From positions 219,916,001 through 219,980,000 of the forward strand of contig NC_058368.1 in the NCBI RefSeq assembly GCF_018350175.1: 64,000 nt of DNA, read 5' to 3'. Below, one piece after another: positions 27,442-41,885 of the stretch. Source of the stretch: Felis catus (taxonomy: Eukaryota). Position 1 is the stretch's first letter, and each line of letters opens with the position of its first letter. A program made the position numbers and the translations under genes. The notes below the pieces were generated by a model. It saw nothing but the letters and a program-made list of their open reading frames with translations, ran no database searches and had not been told where the DNA came from.

Positions 27442-29607
27442 AGAAAATACTGAACATCTTTAGTGCAAACAACTTCAAAGTCATACGTATAGATGCAAGG
27501 ACAGATGAACAATGAAACAAAATCACAATCTACTGAACACAGATTTACATAACTCTCTTGAGTTTTCTTTTCTCTAAAATAATGCTCAAACAAGTATCCC
27601 TGCTTGGACTTTATGTTTCTCTATATTCTATTGTAACTTAGCATTAACATCAGAATTTTTTTTAAATGCAATATACATCCTTTTATTTTCAATGAAGATT
27701 TTCTGACTTTCCCATTTAAAAATTATATTTTATCTTACTAATCTTTACAGAAATTATATAAATTTATATAAATTCTGTAAAGATTAGTAAGATAAAATGT
27801 AATTTTTGTATATATATATAGTAAGATAAAATGTATATATATAATTTCATTCATAATATGAATGTATTCTTTAGGGCTTTGTACTATCATCATCCATATT
27901 AATGTCTTCAAATTCAGCACTTATTTCAAGTTGTTAAGAAAGCAATCATAACCATCACTGTATCACCTAAGAGCATTGCATATAATCTTTTCCATTACGG
28001 TTATTCAATATACTGAATTTAGTTATTAAGTGACACCAGTTAATAAGTCAATAATATTTTTGTTCTTAAACTATTAATTTGTTCCAACTCTTCAAATTTA
28101 GGTGCTTTGAATAGATTTAAAAATATTCCTTACAAAAAAATTACACTATTTTTGTATAAATTTTACTTAATGTTGAAAAAATGAATATTGAAAACTTATT
28201 TAAATAATGAGCTTTGTTAATATTATTCTGATGGAAAGTTTACATGACTTTGAAACTTCACCTCTGGAGTGCTTTACATGACTTGGAAAAAAAGATTTCT
28301 AAAAACCATTACACAATTCATTGCCTTATAGCTAACATGACATTTATAAACCAATTCAAATGAAGTATTACTATTGTAAGAATTTCATTTTGGTATCTAA
28401 CCGTGTAAAAAATCATTTTAATCATAGAGTCTACTTTTCATATATCTAGCAACCACATTATCTTTAATCTATTAACAATTTTAAATGTCTGATGTTTGAC
28501 TCATGTGTTAGAGCAGGCAAATAATTGTTAGCAAATATATGCTGAGTGATCAAAAATATACAGTTTTAGATAGTAAGAGGTGCAAGACAGTACATTAACA
28601 TAAGTATCTGTTGGCAACCACTAACAAATGCATATCACTGCTCAATATAGAAGTGCTAGTAATTTGTCTGGCAGCCATACTCTTCCTTTAGATTGCATGC
28701 TATTAAATGTGATGTTTTTTGAGCTGAAAGGATTTGCTTTTTTATTACCAAGTTTATATTATGTGTCATTATTTTATATTCTGATAACATGATTCTCTCA
28801 TCTTAGATTAAGTTTCAACAGCAATTTAAAATAACTAATAAACTCAGGAGCAAATTAGTATTAAAGAAAAAAAGGAAAACCACAGTGCCATTTGATGCTG
28901 AATTTAATTTAAAGAATCCATTTCATCAGCAAGAAATATTTACCGAGAAGTGCATTTTTTTATGTCAAAAGTAATCTTTATCATGTTGGATTAGTAGCCA
29001 TTAAGCTACACTTGAAATATTCATCTTCCCAACATGGTTGTTTATGCAGATTATATTACAAAATCACATTAAATTGCTTGGTTAAAAGTAATTTTGCCTT
29101 CTGTATCCAATCACTTGTTAGTCTTGACTCAATCAATTAATTAAAATATTTTTGAATTATTGCTACATATTGGATTATGTGCCTCTGTGAAGTTTATAGA
29201 TAAAACATGGTTTCTGCTCTCAATTTTTTTATAATTATAAACACATGAACTTACACTATTAGGCACTGAGGAAAGGTTATAAATAGTATCTTAAAAATGT
29301 AGATGCAGGGAGACATTTTTCTCCTAGAATGTATGCAGCTTTTCTTCTCTTAGCGGGACTAGACAAATAGTAGATAGGTTCAAATATAAATAAAATTCTT
29401 ATTTTTATTTAAATGTCAAATTGTCAAATGATTTCTTGCAACAATAACTTTAGTAATAGTTCTCTGATTATACTGATCTGAGGATGCTTTCTGAAAAGAA
29501 AGGTGAGGTTGTGTTAACATAGATGGAAGAGTAAAAAAACAAAGTATCAGAGTAAACATTATTCATTAGGTCTTATAGCCAAGGAAGGTGTCGGTTTATA
29601 TAAAGGT

Positions 29608-30191
29608 GGTTGTGGTAGACAAACCCCAAATGGTTCCCATGAGACCCAAGTCCTGGTATTCATGTCCTTGTGATATCCTGTCCCTTTGGGTGTGGGTGGA
29701 ACCTGAGACTTGCTTCTACTCAATAGCATACAGCAAATGTGATAGGATGCACGTATTGATTAACATAATTATTTTGCATAAAAGTGTCAATCATATTGTT
29801 AGAAGATACTATTTCCCTTTCCTTGCTGGCTCTTAACTCTCAAGCTTTTATGTTTGTACTGCCTATGGAAAGGACCACAAGGCAAGAAGTTGGGGGTGGC
29901 TTCCAGCCAATAACTAGAAAGAAACAGGTCTTCATCCCAGTATCCTGAAAGGAACTGAATGTTGCCAACAACCACATGAGCTTGGAAGATATTCCTTAGT
30001 CAAGTCTCATGTAAGACTGCTACCCTAATCAACATTTGGAGTTCAGCCTTGTTAGACCTTGAAGCAGAGGACCTAAATTAAGCTATGTGCTGACTGTGGA
30101 CTCACTGAAACTGTGAGATAAACAAGTATTGGTTATTTTAAGCTACTAAGTCTATGGCAGTATTTTCACACAGCAACTGATGACAAATACA
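29608..30191 (+). mobile_element. Old MaLR (MLT1-like) LTR
   Basis: TGTGGTAGAC... start; MLT1-like end (GAAACTGTGAGATAA...TTTTAAGCTACTAAG...AATACA). Confidence 0.6.
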
Positions 30192-30456
30192 GTAACTAAA
30201 GATTTGAACCTTTTAAATGGAAAGCTTATGGTAGAAACATGAGAAAAAATGATTGACTGCAACATAGAATGCTCTTAAAATGTGGAGGACTGTAAATACC
30301 AGTATTTTTTAACATTTTCCTGTAAGCAGTGTGAGTCAAGGAGGTGAGTAGCATGGCCATTAAATATTATGTTAAAAATGGGAGTCAGATAAAATAACTG
30401 GAAACAGTTTCAGCATGAATATGACAAAGAAACCAGAATTTAAGAAAATGCTAAAT

Positions 30457-30660
30457 AGGGGCCCCCTGGGTGGCTCAGTTGGTTAAGTGACTGACTTGGT
30501 TTCAGCTCAGATCACAATCTCACAGTTCATGAGTTCAAGCCCTCCATCGAGCTCTGCACTGACAGCATGGAGCTTGGGATTCTCTCTCTCCCTTTCTCTC
30601 TCAGCCCCTCCCCTGCTCTCTCCCTCTCTCTTAAAAATAAATACACTTAAAAAAAAAAAA
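30457..30660 (+). mobile_element. Can-SINE
   Basis: Head GGGGCCCCCTGGGTGGCTCAG, A-tail; flanks AAGAAA(A/T)TGCTAAA. Confidence 0.88.
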
Positions 30661-31076
30661 AAGAAATTGCTAAAGAAGCTTCTAAAGGGATTTAAAGACA
30701 AAGTATGATAGCCTGTGTTAGTCTAGAGGCAACAATAAAAACAAGAAATCAGTTGCTATAGTACATTTTAGAGATTGTATAAATAGGAAAAAAGAAGGAT
30801 ATGATACAAATTATGAAACTGTACTTGAAAATCTGCTTTCAGATTTGGATTTTTTTTAAGGAGAATGAAATAAAAGGAAACAGAATTGATTTGTCAGGAG
30901 AAAGATTTGGAAGGAGAATAAGATGTATTCACTTTTTCAGTATTATCTTTGAGATATTAGAAGGGTAACTTAAGAAACGATATATGAAAAGAGTCTTAAA
31001 ATAATAATAGTTAAAGTTGAAACTGAGGGAATGTATATTACCATTGTTAGGATTGAGGTCATAATATAGAAGTTGA

Positions 31077-31296
31077 GGGGCGCCTGGGTGGCGCAGTCGG
31101 TTAAGCGTCCGACTTCAGCCAGGTCACGATCTCGCGGTCCGTGAGTTCGAGCCCAGCGTCGGGCTCTGGGCTGATGGCTCAGAGCCTGGAGCCTGTTTCC
31201 AATTCTGTGTCTCCCTCTCTCTCTGCGCCTCCCCCGTTCATGCTCTGTCTCTCTCTGTCCCAAAAATAAATAAACGTTGAAAAAAATTAAAAAAAA
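31077..31296 (+). mobile_element. Can-SINE (young, CpG-rich)
   Basis: Canonical head; TSD ATAATATAGAAGTTGA. Confidence 0.95.
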
Positions 31297-31629
31297 ATAA
31301 TATAGAAGTTGATACAGAAAGATAAAAAGAGAAGGGAAAAAAATCCCCAAAGAGAGAAATGGACAGGAAACAAAGAGTTGAGCTTACTGTAATCAGGCAT
31401 AGAGACATTATTTTGACACCTTCACTACCTAAAGAATATAATATCCCCCTTCTTTTAATTCTTACAATTTTTGTGTTATTTTTGATAGAAAATATTCATC
31501 TGTGACCCATCTTTTATATCAAACAATTATTAAGAAAGTGGATTATATTAAATATTATTTCATAAATTTCAACTTTTGTATTGTATTCAACATAAACAAA
31601 TCAATATATTCTAATAATATTAACGTTAA

Positions 31630-32230
31630 GAGCTGAGTTGTGCCCCTCCTCCAAATTCATTTGTTAAAGTCCTGACCCCAATACCTCAGAATGTGACTGT
31701 ATTTAGAATTATGGTCTTTAATTTTGTTTTAATTTATTTTAGAGACAGAGTGAGCATGTGAGCAGGGGAGAGAGACAGAGAGAGAATCTTAAGCAGGTTC
31801 CATGATCAGCACAGAGCCCGATGCGGGGCTTGATTCCATGACTCTGGGATCATGACCTGAGCTGAAATCAAAAGTCAGATGTTTAACCAATTGAGCCACC
31901 CAGGTGCCCCTGGAATTAAGGTATTTAAAGAAGTAAATAAGGTTAAATGACTTCAAAGGAAATGGATCTTAATCCAAGAACACAACCAGTGTTCTTTTAA
32001 GCTGAGGAGATTGTTATCATATACACAAATACACACAGAGGTAAGAGCATGTAAAGATATTGGAAGAAGCCATGCATCTACAAACCAGAAAGAGAGACTC
32101 TTACAAGAAATTGACACTGCTTACACCTTGATCTTGGAGCTCTAGCTTTCATAAATATGAGGAAATAAATTTCTGTTGTTCTACTCAGTCTGTGCTGCTT
32201 AACTAGGTAATCCTAGAAAACTAATGCAAT
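31630..32230 (+). mobile_element. MaLR (MLT1-like) LTR interrupted by a Can-SINE
   Basis: MLT1 motifs (AAGTCCTGACCCCAATACCTCAGAATGTGACTGTATT; GAAATAAATTTCTGTTGTT). Confidence 0.6.
31720..31910 (-). mobile_element. Can-SINE inserted in MLT1 LTR
   Basis: Reverse-complement head TGAGCCACCCAGGTGCCCC; GA-rich body; T-rich tail. Confidence 0.87.
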
Positions 32231-32489
32231 CTACAGTCAATAAAACAATAAAATAATTGTTTAAAATGTATAATAGAATACTAATTTTTAATGAATACGC
32301 CTAATTATAAAGAAATGTAGTTTCAATGTGATTTTGCTTCTGAAGAACTGTCCCCATGCCTTCTATTAGGACAAACAAAATGGGAGAAAAAACATTTTGA
32401 AAAATACTACATAAGCATTAGGTTACAAATTTCAGGTCTTGCTTCCAGTAGATAAATTTTCAGAGATGGATTAAATATTAGCAATATCT

Positions 32490-32730
32490 GGATACTCACT
32501 TATATTAGATGTCTAAAATGGTCCATTTCACAGAAGCAGAAAGTAGAATGATGGTTGCCAGGAGCTGGGACAAGAGGGAAATGGGGAGTTGCTGTTCAAA
32601 GGGTCTAGTGTTTCAGTTATACTAGATAAGTTCTAGAGATCTGCTGTAAAACACTGTGTTTATAGTTGGCAAACTTTACTCTACACTTAGAAATTGTAGA
32701 GGGTAGATCTTATATATCTTTTCTTCCCAC
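32490..32730 (+). mobile_element. Old L1 (L1M-type) 3'UTR fragment
   Basis: CAGAAAGTAGAATGATGGTTGCCAGG...AAGTTCTAGAGATCTGCTG motif typical of L1M 3' ends. Confidence 0.6.
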
Positions 32731-35535
32731 TATATATATGATATTATGATATGTGTATATATATATATATATATATAATCATATTAACAGCACTAAAGGC
32801 CAAGATATATGCAGAAATGCAAGTGTCAGAGGCATAGTGTTTTGCCTTTTCAAATTCCCAACTGTTATTCTAGAATCCTCTTGTGTCCTGCTTCTCTGCC
32901 AGCAAGGACGGTGAGGATTTAAACTCAAAAGAGTCATCACTGAGTCTGGACAAGTAATGCTGAATCCTGGCAAGTAAGTGAACAGGAAATTGGCTTCTGT
33001 ATTACATAAAAGAAACTTTCATGCTTTTATAATTTCCGTTTGCACTCTTTCTCCAGACACTTACTTCACTTGCCATAACAATAAAGCAAGTTTTCCCTCA
33101 AATGCTGCCTTTGTATACAATGTTTGGCAGTCAGTCAAATAAACCCACTATTTTTTTTTTTCCTTTATAGGAGTGGTACCATGATGCATAATTTTGAACA
33201 GATGCATATGTGATCAGTGTTTTATGGAGTTCATGCAATTTCCTAAACCCATATAAATTGTATGATAGTAATTGTAACATGTATGCGTATACACTAAAAT
33301 TAACCTTATCATCAAAAGTATTTTTAGAAGCGTTCAAAATTAAGTAAACATTCTTCTTTGTATTATACACAGGTACTATCACACATAATCTGCGTATTCA
33401 ACATACCCATTTTCTGTACCCATCACTACCATCACTTTGGGACATCATGTAAGTCACTTCTAATCTCTAAATATACGTTTATGTCTATTTTATGGGCTTT
33501 TAAATTTTTTGCTTGTGTACTGCCTAGTAGGGAACTGAGTAACTATTGCAAATACACCTGTTTGTTTGTTATGAGGATCCAGGTGTGTCAACAGATATGC
33601 TAAGCATGTCAAATAAGAGGTTTCTTGTAATTATCCCAATAGGTTATAATAAAGGGTTTATGGGCTTAGATATATTCATAATTCAAATCTATGTGTACTT
33701 TTAAACATCCCAAGTCTCTTAGTATTTTCTTATTCCAACTAAAAAATACTTAGGCCATTATATTCCCACTGCCAGCAATATATGACTCAAGTTGCATGTT
33801 CTATACAATTTAGCAGATTTAGATTCATGCAGCATATGTTGTCACATAAGATTCTTAATTTGATTTCTATAATTAAATATAGCTATGAGCTTTTTTTTTT
33901 GAAAACTAGTGCTTTAAAAAACATTGTATCATTAGCACACATGCTAAAAGTTAACTTTCTGAAGATAGTCTGCTTGAAAACACGTATACAACTGATGCTT
34001 TGTCTCTTAATGTATACACATGACAGAGAAATTTAGAGCCTGAATGTCTGACAGAAACTGATGACATGAACGATAGGAATATCTTAAAAAATAACTCCTG
34101 CGGATTCTGATTAAGTCAAATTATCTATTGCCTCACTTTAAATCTGTGAATGTGGAATCCATCACTTCAACCATGTATCCTCATGTGAAGCACATGTTTC
34201 CAAATTGTGTAAATGCTTTCAAAGATCTTCAGAAAAAGTTATTTTGAGAACATAAGCATCTATATTTTCATACACTTTTAAGAAGAAACAATGTAAATAT
34301 TAAATATATATGTTATAAACTTTTATTAGGCATTTTAATGAAAAAGTATTCAGTGCATTTATTATACTAAAATAAGGTGGTATTTATAACTGTTCTTTAT
34401 TACAGCTATAACAGTGTGATACTGTGGCTCTTACATGCTTAAAGTTGAATTCTGATTCTGCTATTTCCTTCTCATTCATAGGTAATTGGGTTAAATTTTA
34501 TTGCCTCACTTTTCTCATCTTAAAATGGGGATGATGAAAGTAATCACTTCCTATGAATTTTATGACAATTAAATAATATCATGCCAATTAAGCATGTAGA
34601 AGAGCCTGAAACAAAACAAATACATAACAAACAGAAGGATTACTACTAAGTTTTTACCATTACATGCCTTTTCTTCAGATTTCCATAATCCTCCTCCACA
34701 TAAAATCATTTTGGGGTGTTTTGAAAGTTTGCCATGTTAATCATGTTTATGTTTCCAATATGAATTAATGTAAAAAATATTTTTTTAGCATAGGAACCAG
34801 GTTGGGTTGGAAAAGTTTTGCTCCCTACTTATTAAAATGTTACGCATGTGCGAACACTGCATTTCTTTAGAAACAGTCTCCTAGATGATGATGATGATGA
34901 TGATGATGACAATTCACAATTCTTAATTACTTATCAGTAATGGTATTATACCTCCTTGCCTTTTGCTATGTGACTCTTTGGTACATTCTAGGAGACTAGA
35001 GACAATGTGCATTTTCACTGCACCAGCTCTGGTCTTGCCCACATGAATGGCTTCGATCAATAGACTCTGTGAAGAAGAACAGTGTGCTCAGTCCAAGTAG
35101 AGGCTTTAAGATTCATCACCTTATGCTTGCAGCTCTCGAGTTCTCTCCAATAGCAATATCATATCCATAGAGGAGATATTTCTTCACCCTGAATCCTAGA
35201 ATGAAAAGCTTGTGAAGTCCAGCTGAGCCCAACAGAGGCAGAACCAGAGGAAGAAATAAAAATTTGTTTTTGTAAGCCACTGAGATTAGGGATTATTCAT
35301 CACCACAGGAGAAGCTGATTAATATGTGCAATAAGGGCATTTATATGAAAAGAGGACATATATGCTCATTTCACTACTTCATTGAGAAATGAAAAAAAAG
35401 AATGAAAGATGAATTTAAATACTAATTAAAATGTGTTTTTCCCTGAAAAAGTGCTAGAAGTAGTAAAACCTATTGAAATAAAAAGGCATTTGGTATATAA
35501 TGGCAAATACACAATTACACTGCAACTGTGTACAG

Positions 35536-36016
35536 GAGGATGGTTAATTTTATGTGTCAGCTTCTCTGGGTGATACCTAAATATTTGGTCAAACATTATT
35601 TTGGATGTTTTTGCAAAGGTGTTTTGGATGAGATTAAATTTAAATCAATGGACTTTGAGTAAAGCAGATTGCCTTCCATAGTGTTAGATTGCATCCAATC
35701 ACTTAAGGGTCTGAACAAAGAATAAGACTGACTTTTCCAGGTGCAAAGAGATGCTTCCAGAAGATGATCTTCGAACTTGAACTGATCAGACATGAGCTGC
35801 AACATGTCTGATTACCTTTGAACTTGAACTGCAACATCAAATCTTCTCCAGCTTGCTTCCCCACTCTTCATATTTTGAACTTGGAAGGCTCTATAATCAT
35901 GTGAGCCCATTTACCAAAATAAATATCGCTTTCTGTTTACACACACGCACACACACAAACACACAGACACACACACCCTGTTGTTTCTGTTTCTTTGGAG
36001 AACCCTGATTAAAACA
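35536..36016 (+). mobile_element. MLT2-like 5' LTR of an ERV-L element
   Basis: GATGGTTAATTTTATGTGTCA start; GTTTCTTTGGAGAACCCTGATTAAAACA end; (CA)n near the end. Confidence 0.75.
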
Positions 36017-36445
36017 GATATGTTACTGGTAGTGAGGAATAGAATCTTAAGAAAAAGTTTTGAAGTGGTTTTGCAATTTCTAAAACTGGCTTTCTATTCT
36101 GATTAGATTTCAGATCCTAACAACTCTATTTTCAGGAAGAAAGAGAGCACTTGTAGTCCATCTTGTGATGTGGCTATAGAGATACACAAATTATTAACAC
36201 TGGATACTCATAATAAGGCACTTATAAAGCAAGGATTTTATAAACCAGGTATATGATACCTTTGAATATTTTAATGAAGCCAATGAATAAAATAAGATAA
36301 ACTGGTTGCTCCTAGTGTCTCTGCACAAAGTACAGAAAGCAAAGAATGAGCTCAGGGATTTGAATTTCCAGCTGAAGGGCTATATAAATGGACTGAGAGT
36401 TTCTATGTCTGCCCTGAAAAAGATACTTATCTCCTATAGTCACAT

Positions 36446-36902
36446 GGCAAAAGCAGAAATTAACTATTGGGACTTCATCAAGGTAAAAAGCTTCTGCATT
36501 GCAAAGGAAACAATCAATAATACTAAAAGGCAACCTACAGAATTGGAGAAGATATTTGAAAATGACATATGATAAAGGGTTAGGATCTAAAATCTATAAA
36601 GAACTTAAAGGGTTAGTATATAAAATCTATAAAGAACTTACCAAATTTGACAACACCCCAAAAACAAATAACCAAGAAACGGGCAGAAGACAGGAATCAA
36701 CACTCTTTCATAGAAGACATCCAGATGGCCAACAGACATATTAAAAGATGCTTGGGGTGCCTGGGTGGTTCAATCAGTTGAGCCTCCAACTCTTGATTCA
36801 GCTCAGGTCATGAGTTTGAGTCCTTCTTGGGGCTCTGCACTAACAGTGTTGAGCCTGCTTGGGATTCTTTCCTCCTCTCTCTCTCTCTCTGCCCCTTCCT
36901 GG

Positions 36903-36953
<51 letters not shown>

Positions 36954-37388
36954 TCAAAATAAATAAATAAAATAAAATAAAATAAAATAAAATAAAATAA
37001 AAAGATGCTCAACATTACTCATCATAAGGGAAATATAAAACAAAACCATGATGAGATACCACCTGACACTTGTCAGAAAGGCTAAAAATTAACAACCCAA
37101 GAAATAACAGGTGCTGGCAAGGATGTGGAGAAAGGGGAACCCTCTTACACTGTTGGTAGGAATGCAAACTGATGCAGCCACTCTGGAGAACAGCATGAAG
37201 TTTCCTCAAAAAACTATAAATGGAACTACCTTATGATCCAGTAATTGCACTTCTAGGTATTTAGCCAAAAGATACAAAGGATACAAAAATACAGATTCAA
37301 AGGGGTACATGCACCCCAATGTTTATAGCAGCATTATCAAAAATAGCCAAGCTATGGAGAGAGCCCCATTGTCTATGGACTGATGAAT

Positions 37389-37434
<46 letters not shown>

Positions 37435-37932
37435 ATATATATATATATATATACCACTTATATACACTATATATATATACTATATATATACACTATATGT
37501 ATATATGTATATATATAGTATATATATAATGGACTATTACTAAGCCATCATAAAGAATGAAATTTTGCCATTTTCAATATGTGAAGGAAGCTAGAATGTA
37601 ATATGCTAAGCAAAATAAGTCAGTCAGAGAAAGACAAGTACATATGATTTCGCCCATATATGGAATTTAAGAAAGAAAATAGATGAACATATGAGAAGGG
37701 AGGTATAAATAGGAGAAAAAGAAACCACAAGAGACTCAATGATAGAGAACAAACTGAGGGTTGATGGAGGGAAGTGGGTGGGGGATAGGATAAGTGGGTG
37801 ATGGTTACTAAGGAGGGCACTTGTGATGAGCATTGGGTGTCTTATGTAACTGATGAATCACTGAATTCCACTCCTGAAACCAATATTGCACCATATGTGC
37901 AAAATGTAACTAAATTTTAAATAAAAAAACAT
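36446..37932 (+). mobile_element. 5'-truncated carnivore L1 inserted in ERV-L gag
   Basis: Starts at [16 protein letters not shown] (ORF2), continues through the 3'UTR and A-tail; contains a SINE and a (TA)n expansion at about 37391-37530. Confidence 0.88.
36753..37000 (+). mobile_element. Can-SINE nested in L1 nested in ERV-L
   Basis: Head GGGGTGCCTGGGTGG, (CT)n, (AAAAT)n tail; AAAAGATGCT on both flanks. Confidence 0.9.
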
Positions 37933-40900
37933 TAAAAAGAGATTATTAAAACTAAACCCCAAATCTTATTCTGTCAGTGGCTGAATAACAATGCAAATTG
38001 AAACCCTAGCATCACAGGGTGTCTACTGTTAAAGTGACAGTGATTGGGAAGGGACTGGATATTGAAAGTTGGAATATGGATGTGTGGAAAGACCTAAATG
38101 AAGCTGGACTCGCTGAGCTTCTAAATTCTGATGAGTCTTCCTTGCCAGGACCAGCAGCCTTTCCATCCATGTCTGAGGAGACTAACCCTGCATTTTCTGA
38201 GGACAGTGTAACAGCCTACCCTGAGGAAGTTGTCCTGCAACACACTGCTGCCCACTTCCACAACCCCTTTTAGGTTCTTGACCTATGACTAGACTCAAGT
38301 CTCAGGAGGGTCCTAAAGGTGAGGTACAAAATGTGACCCATAAGGAAGTGTGCTACACTCAAAAAGAGCTGCTTGACTTGTCTAATTTATGCAGACAGAA
38401 ATCTGGGGAATATGTGTGGTAATGCATTTTAAGGGTGTGAGATAATGATGAAAAAACCCACAAAATTGTGTCAGGACAAAATCATGGATATGGACCCACT
38501 AGGCAGGGGTCTCTGCATTTAATATTGCAACTTGGGGAGTTAGAAAGTGCTCTAACAGATTGTTTGCTTGGCTGGCTAAAACGTAGATGAAAAGGTGACC
38601 CACATTAAGTGTACTTGAAATTCCAGACCTGCTTTGGTTTATGGTACAGGAAAAGACTCAAAGGCTTAGGGGGATTGGAAAGTTACAGAGAATTTATCAT
38701 TTAAGAACCACTTACCTACCCTGGGAGGTTGCAGAAGATGCAACACTCAACATTACTGTGAGAAATTAATTGCTCTGTGATTGCTCTTCTCTGTAGGTGA
38801 TCCCCACCACATCTCCATATCTCCATTCAACTTATCTTTTTTTTTTTTTTTTTTTTTTTTTTTTGCACAGAGAACAGATGGATCTTGGAGACTGACAGTA
38901 GATTATCACAAGCATAACGAAGTGGTGACTCTAATTATAGCTACTTTACCAAATATGATTTCTTTGCTTGAGCAAATTAACATACTCCCTGATGGAAGGT
39001 ATGCAGCCACTGAGCTGGCAAATGCTTTTTTTCTACATGCCTGTTGATAAGGAGCATCTGAATTAGTTTGCTTTCAGCAATATATCCTAATTACCCCACC
39101 TTGGGCATATATCAACTCTCCAACACTAAGTCATAATTTAACTCGCAGGGATCTTGATCACCTTTCCCTCCAGCAAGATATCACATTAATCCATTACACT
39201 GATGACATTATCCTTATGAGACTTGGTAATAAGAAGCGGTAACTACTCTAGACTTATTGATTGAATATAGGTGTGTTAAAAGGTGGACAGTGACTCCATC
39301 AGAAATTCGGGGCCTTCTAGTCAGTGAAATTTCCAAATGCCCAAGGTGTGGGGCATGTTGAGATGACCCTTCCAAGGCTAAGAATAAGTAGGTGCACCTG
39401 GGCCCTTCTACAACCAAAAAAGAGGCACAATACCTAATGGGTTTCTTTGGATTTTAGAGATGACATAGTCCTTATTTGGGTATGTTAACTCTAGTCCATT
39501 TATTGAGTGACCCAGGAGCTGCTAATCTGGCATGAGACCCAAAACAAAAGAAGGCTCTACAACAAGTCCAGACTGCTGTGTAAGCTGCTCTACTGCTTTG
39601 ACCACACGATCCAGCCAGATCCAATGGTGCTTGAGATGTCAGGGGCTGATAGGAATGCTGTTTGGAGCTTGTGGCAGCCCCCTGTAGGCGAATTACAGTG
39701 CAATCCCTCCAGGTTTAAAAGCAAAGCCCTGCTATCTTCTGTGAATAACTACTCTACTTTAGAGAAACAGGCCTGAACAGAGACTGAATAATTGATTAAT
39801 CCTGAGACAACAAGTTACCATGCAACCTAAGCTGCCAGTCATGAGCTAGGTGTTATCTGGCTCACACAGACTTATGTTGGGCATGCACAGCAGTACTCCA
39901 TCATCAAACGGAAGTGGTATATACAATATCAGTCTGAGCAGGACCTGAAGGCACAAGTAAATTACATGAAGAAGTAACCCAAATGCCCATAATTCCCACT
40001 CTGACTCCACTACCTTCTTTCTCAGAGCCTTCAGCTGTGGCCTCAGGGGGAGTTCCCTTTGACAAAGGCAGAGAAAGCTCTGGCCTGGTTTACAGTAGTT
40101 CTGTATGAGATGCAGCTGCATCAATACAGGCCCTTTCTGGGACACCCCTGAAGGCAGTAATGAAGGGGAATCTTCCTGGGAAGCAGAGCTTAGAGAAGCA
40201 TAGCTGGATGCTTGTTTTACTTGGAAGGAAGAATGGCCAATATATACTGGAATTGAGGTCATGAATTAATGACAAGGAAGTCTGGAGAGGGGTATATGGA
40301 TAGAACTCTCTGAATGTGTGGGGGAGAAAGCAAAGATATTTGTGTTTATCTATGTTTTTTAAATCCAAGTTTATCCATTTATCCATGTTTTTTTTAATGG
40401 TATAATGATAGATTTTTTTTGCAACATGGTTTTTTCTTACAATTATTCACTGTCATTGTGTTTCACTTACATAGAGCTTCAAATTAGATGCACTGGTGAT
40501 ATTTTTGTTTCAATCTTATACTAGTAAAATTTACTTTGTGTGTATTGCCCTTACACACAATAGTGTGATTGCCCATCTTATATATACTTCTTCAACTGCC
40601 CTCTAATAAGATTTTGGCAGACATTTTAATAGGTGAAACTGAGATACACTCAGTTATAGTAACATAATTGACAAAAATTATAATAGTGCAACTACAGAAT
40701 CAGAATTGAAACATATAGATATTTAGAATGTCTGCCCCCAAAATATCACCTGTGTTTGAAAGTGGCCAACTCCTGGAATAAATACCTTTTGTCCTATTCC
40801 ATTTAAGTTGGAAACCCCTTCTTTACCTTAAGAGATTTTTAGGACACAGTTATATTTTTAACCCTAAACAATTCTAACTCTGACATATTGTTTCCTCTCT

Positions 40901-41639
40901 GTTTGTTATCTGTGTTCTGGAGCTCACTTCCTGTTCTATTTGTAGTTGAAGTTGTGCCTAGTTGTCAAAATCTTGACTCTTATTCTGTAAGATGTCAACC
41001 AAACCTGTGTGAAGCAGACTTTAATGAATGTCTTTAGGGTGAGAAAGTGTGAATTGAGAAGCTTTACACCAAAGTACCACACTGAAAGTTACTTTAAAAT
41101 TATATTAATATGTCTTTATTATTTTATGGACCTTGATAGTTTTCATCAATCATCTCTTCCCAAAGCTTTCAATTTCCCAATTTTTCACTGAACACATCAT
41201 TCTTTCTATGCTTTTTTCCCCTATTTGTCTTATTCCTTTCTTTTCTTCTCATTCTCCTTATTATTCTCTGTGTCTCATTTCCTCACTCCTCTGTACTACA
41301 ATGACCTGAAATTAAACCTATCTCTCTTCTATGTACTGATGAGGTTGGCCCTTTCTTATTCCTTCTTCATCCTAGGACTATATCGCCTACACAAAAAGAC
41401 TACAAGGTAATCTTCTAAGGCAAATGCCATTGACTTTTGAATTCCAACCTCCACCAGCAAAACCTAACCACTACTAAACTTGAAATAAAGAAACATGTTT
41501 TACTAAATCAAATCGTTAAGCATAATTTCTCCCTTTTAGAGTCCATAAGCAAATTGAAGTCATACAATATGGAAATGTTTATGTAATCTCTCAAAATACA
41601 ACTTTTATAACCAACTTCCTGCTTAGAAATAGGCTATGG

Positions 41640-41885
41640 AGAGGTGCCTGGGTGGCTCAGTGGTTGAGCATCAGACCATCTCAGGTCATGATCTGACCTG
41701 GTGGGTTCCAGCCTTCATGACCTTCATGGTTTCCAGCCCCACATCATCCTCTATGCTGACAGCTCAGAGTCTAGAGCCTGCTTAAGATTCCATGTCTCCC
41801 TCTCTCTCTGTGTTCCTTCCCCGCTTGCATTCTGTGTGTGTCTCTCTCTCAAAAATAAATAAACATTTTTAAAAAATTAGAAAAA
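41640..41885 (+). mobile_element. Can-SINE
   Basis: Head GGTGCCTGGGTGGCTCAG; tail AAAAATAAATAAAC; AAATAGGCTAT on both flanks. Confidence 0.85.

Larger units (their letters stand above)
36017..40350 (+). mobile_element. ERV-L internal region (decayed gag and pol), interrupted by an L1 and internally deleted
   Basis: Gag-like IGKGLDIESWNMDVWKD; RT DGSWRLTVDYHK and ELANAFF; connection domain DPMVLEMSGADRNAVWSLWQ; no 3' LTR seen. Confidence 0.8.
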
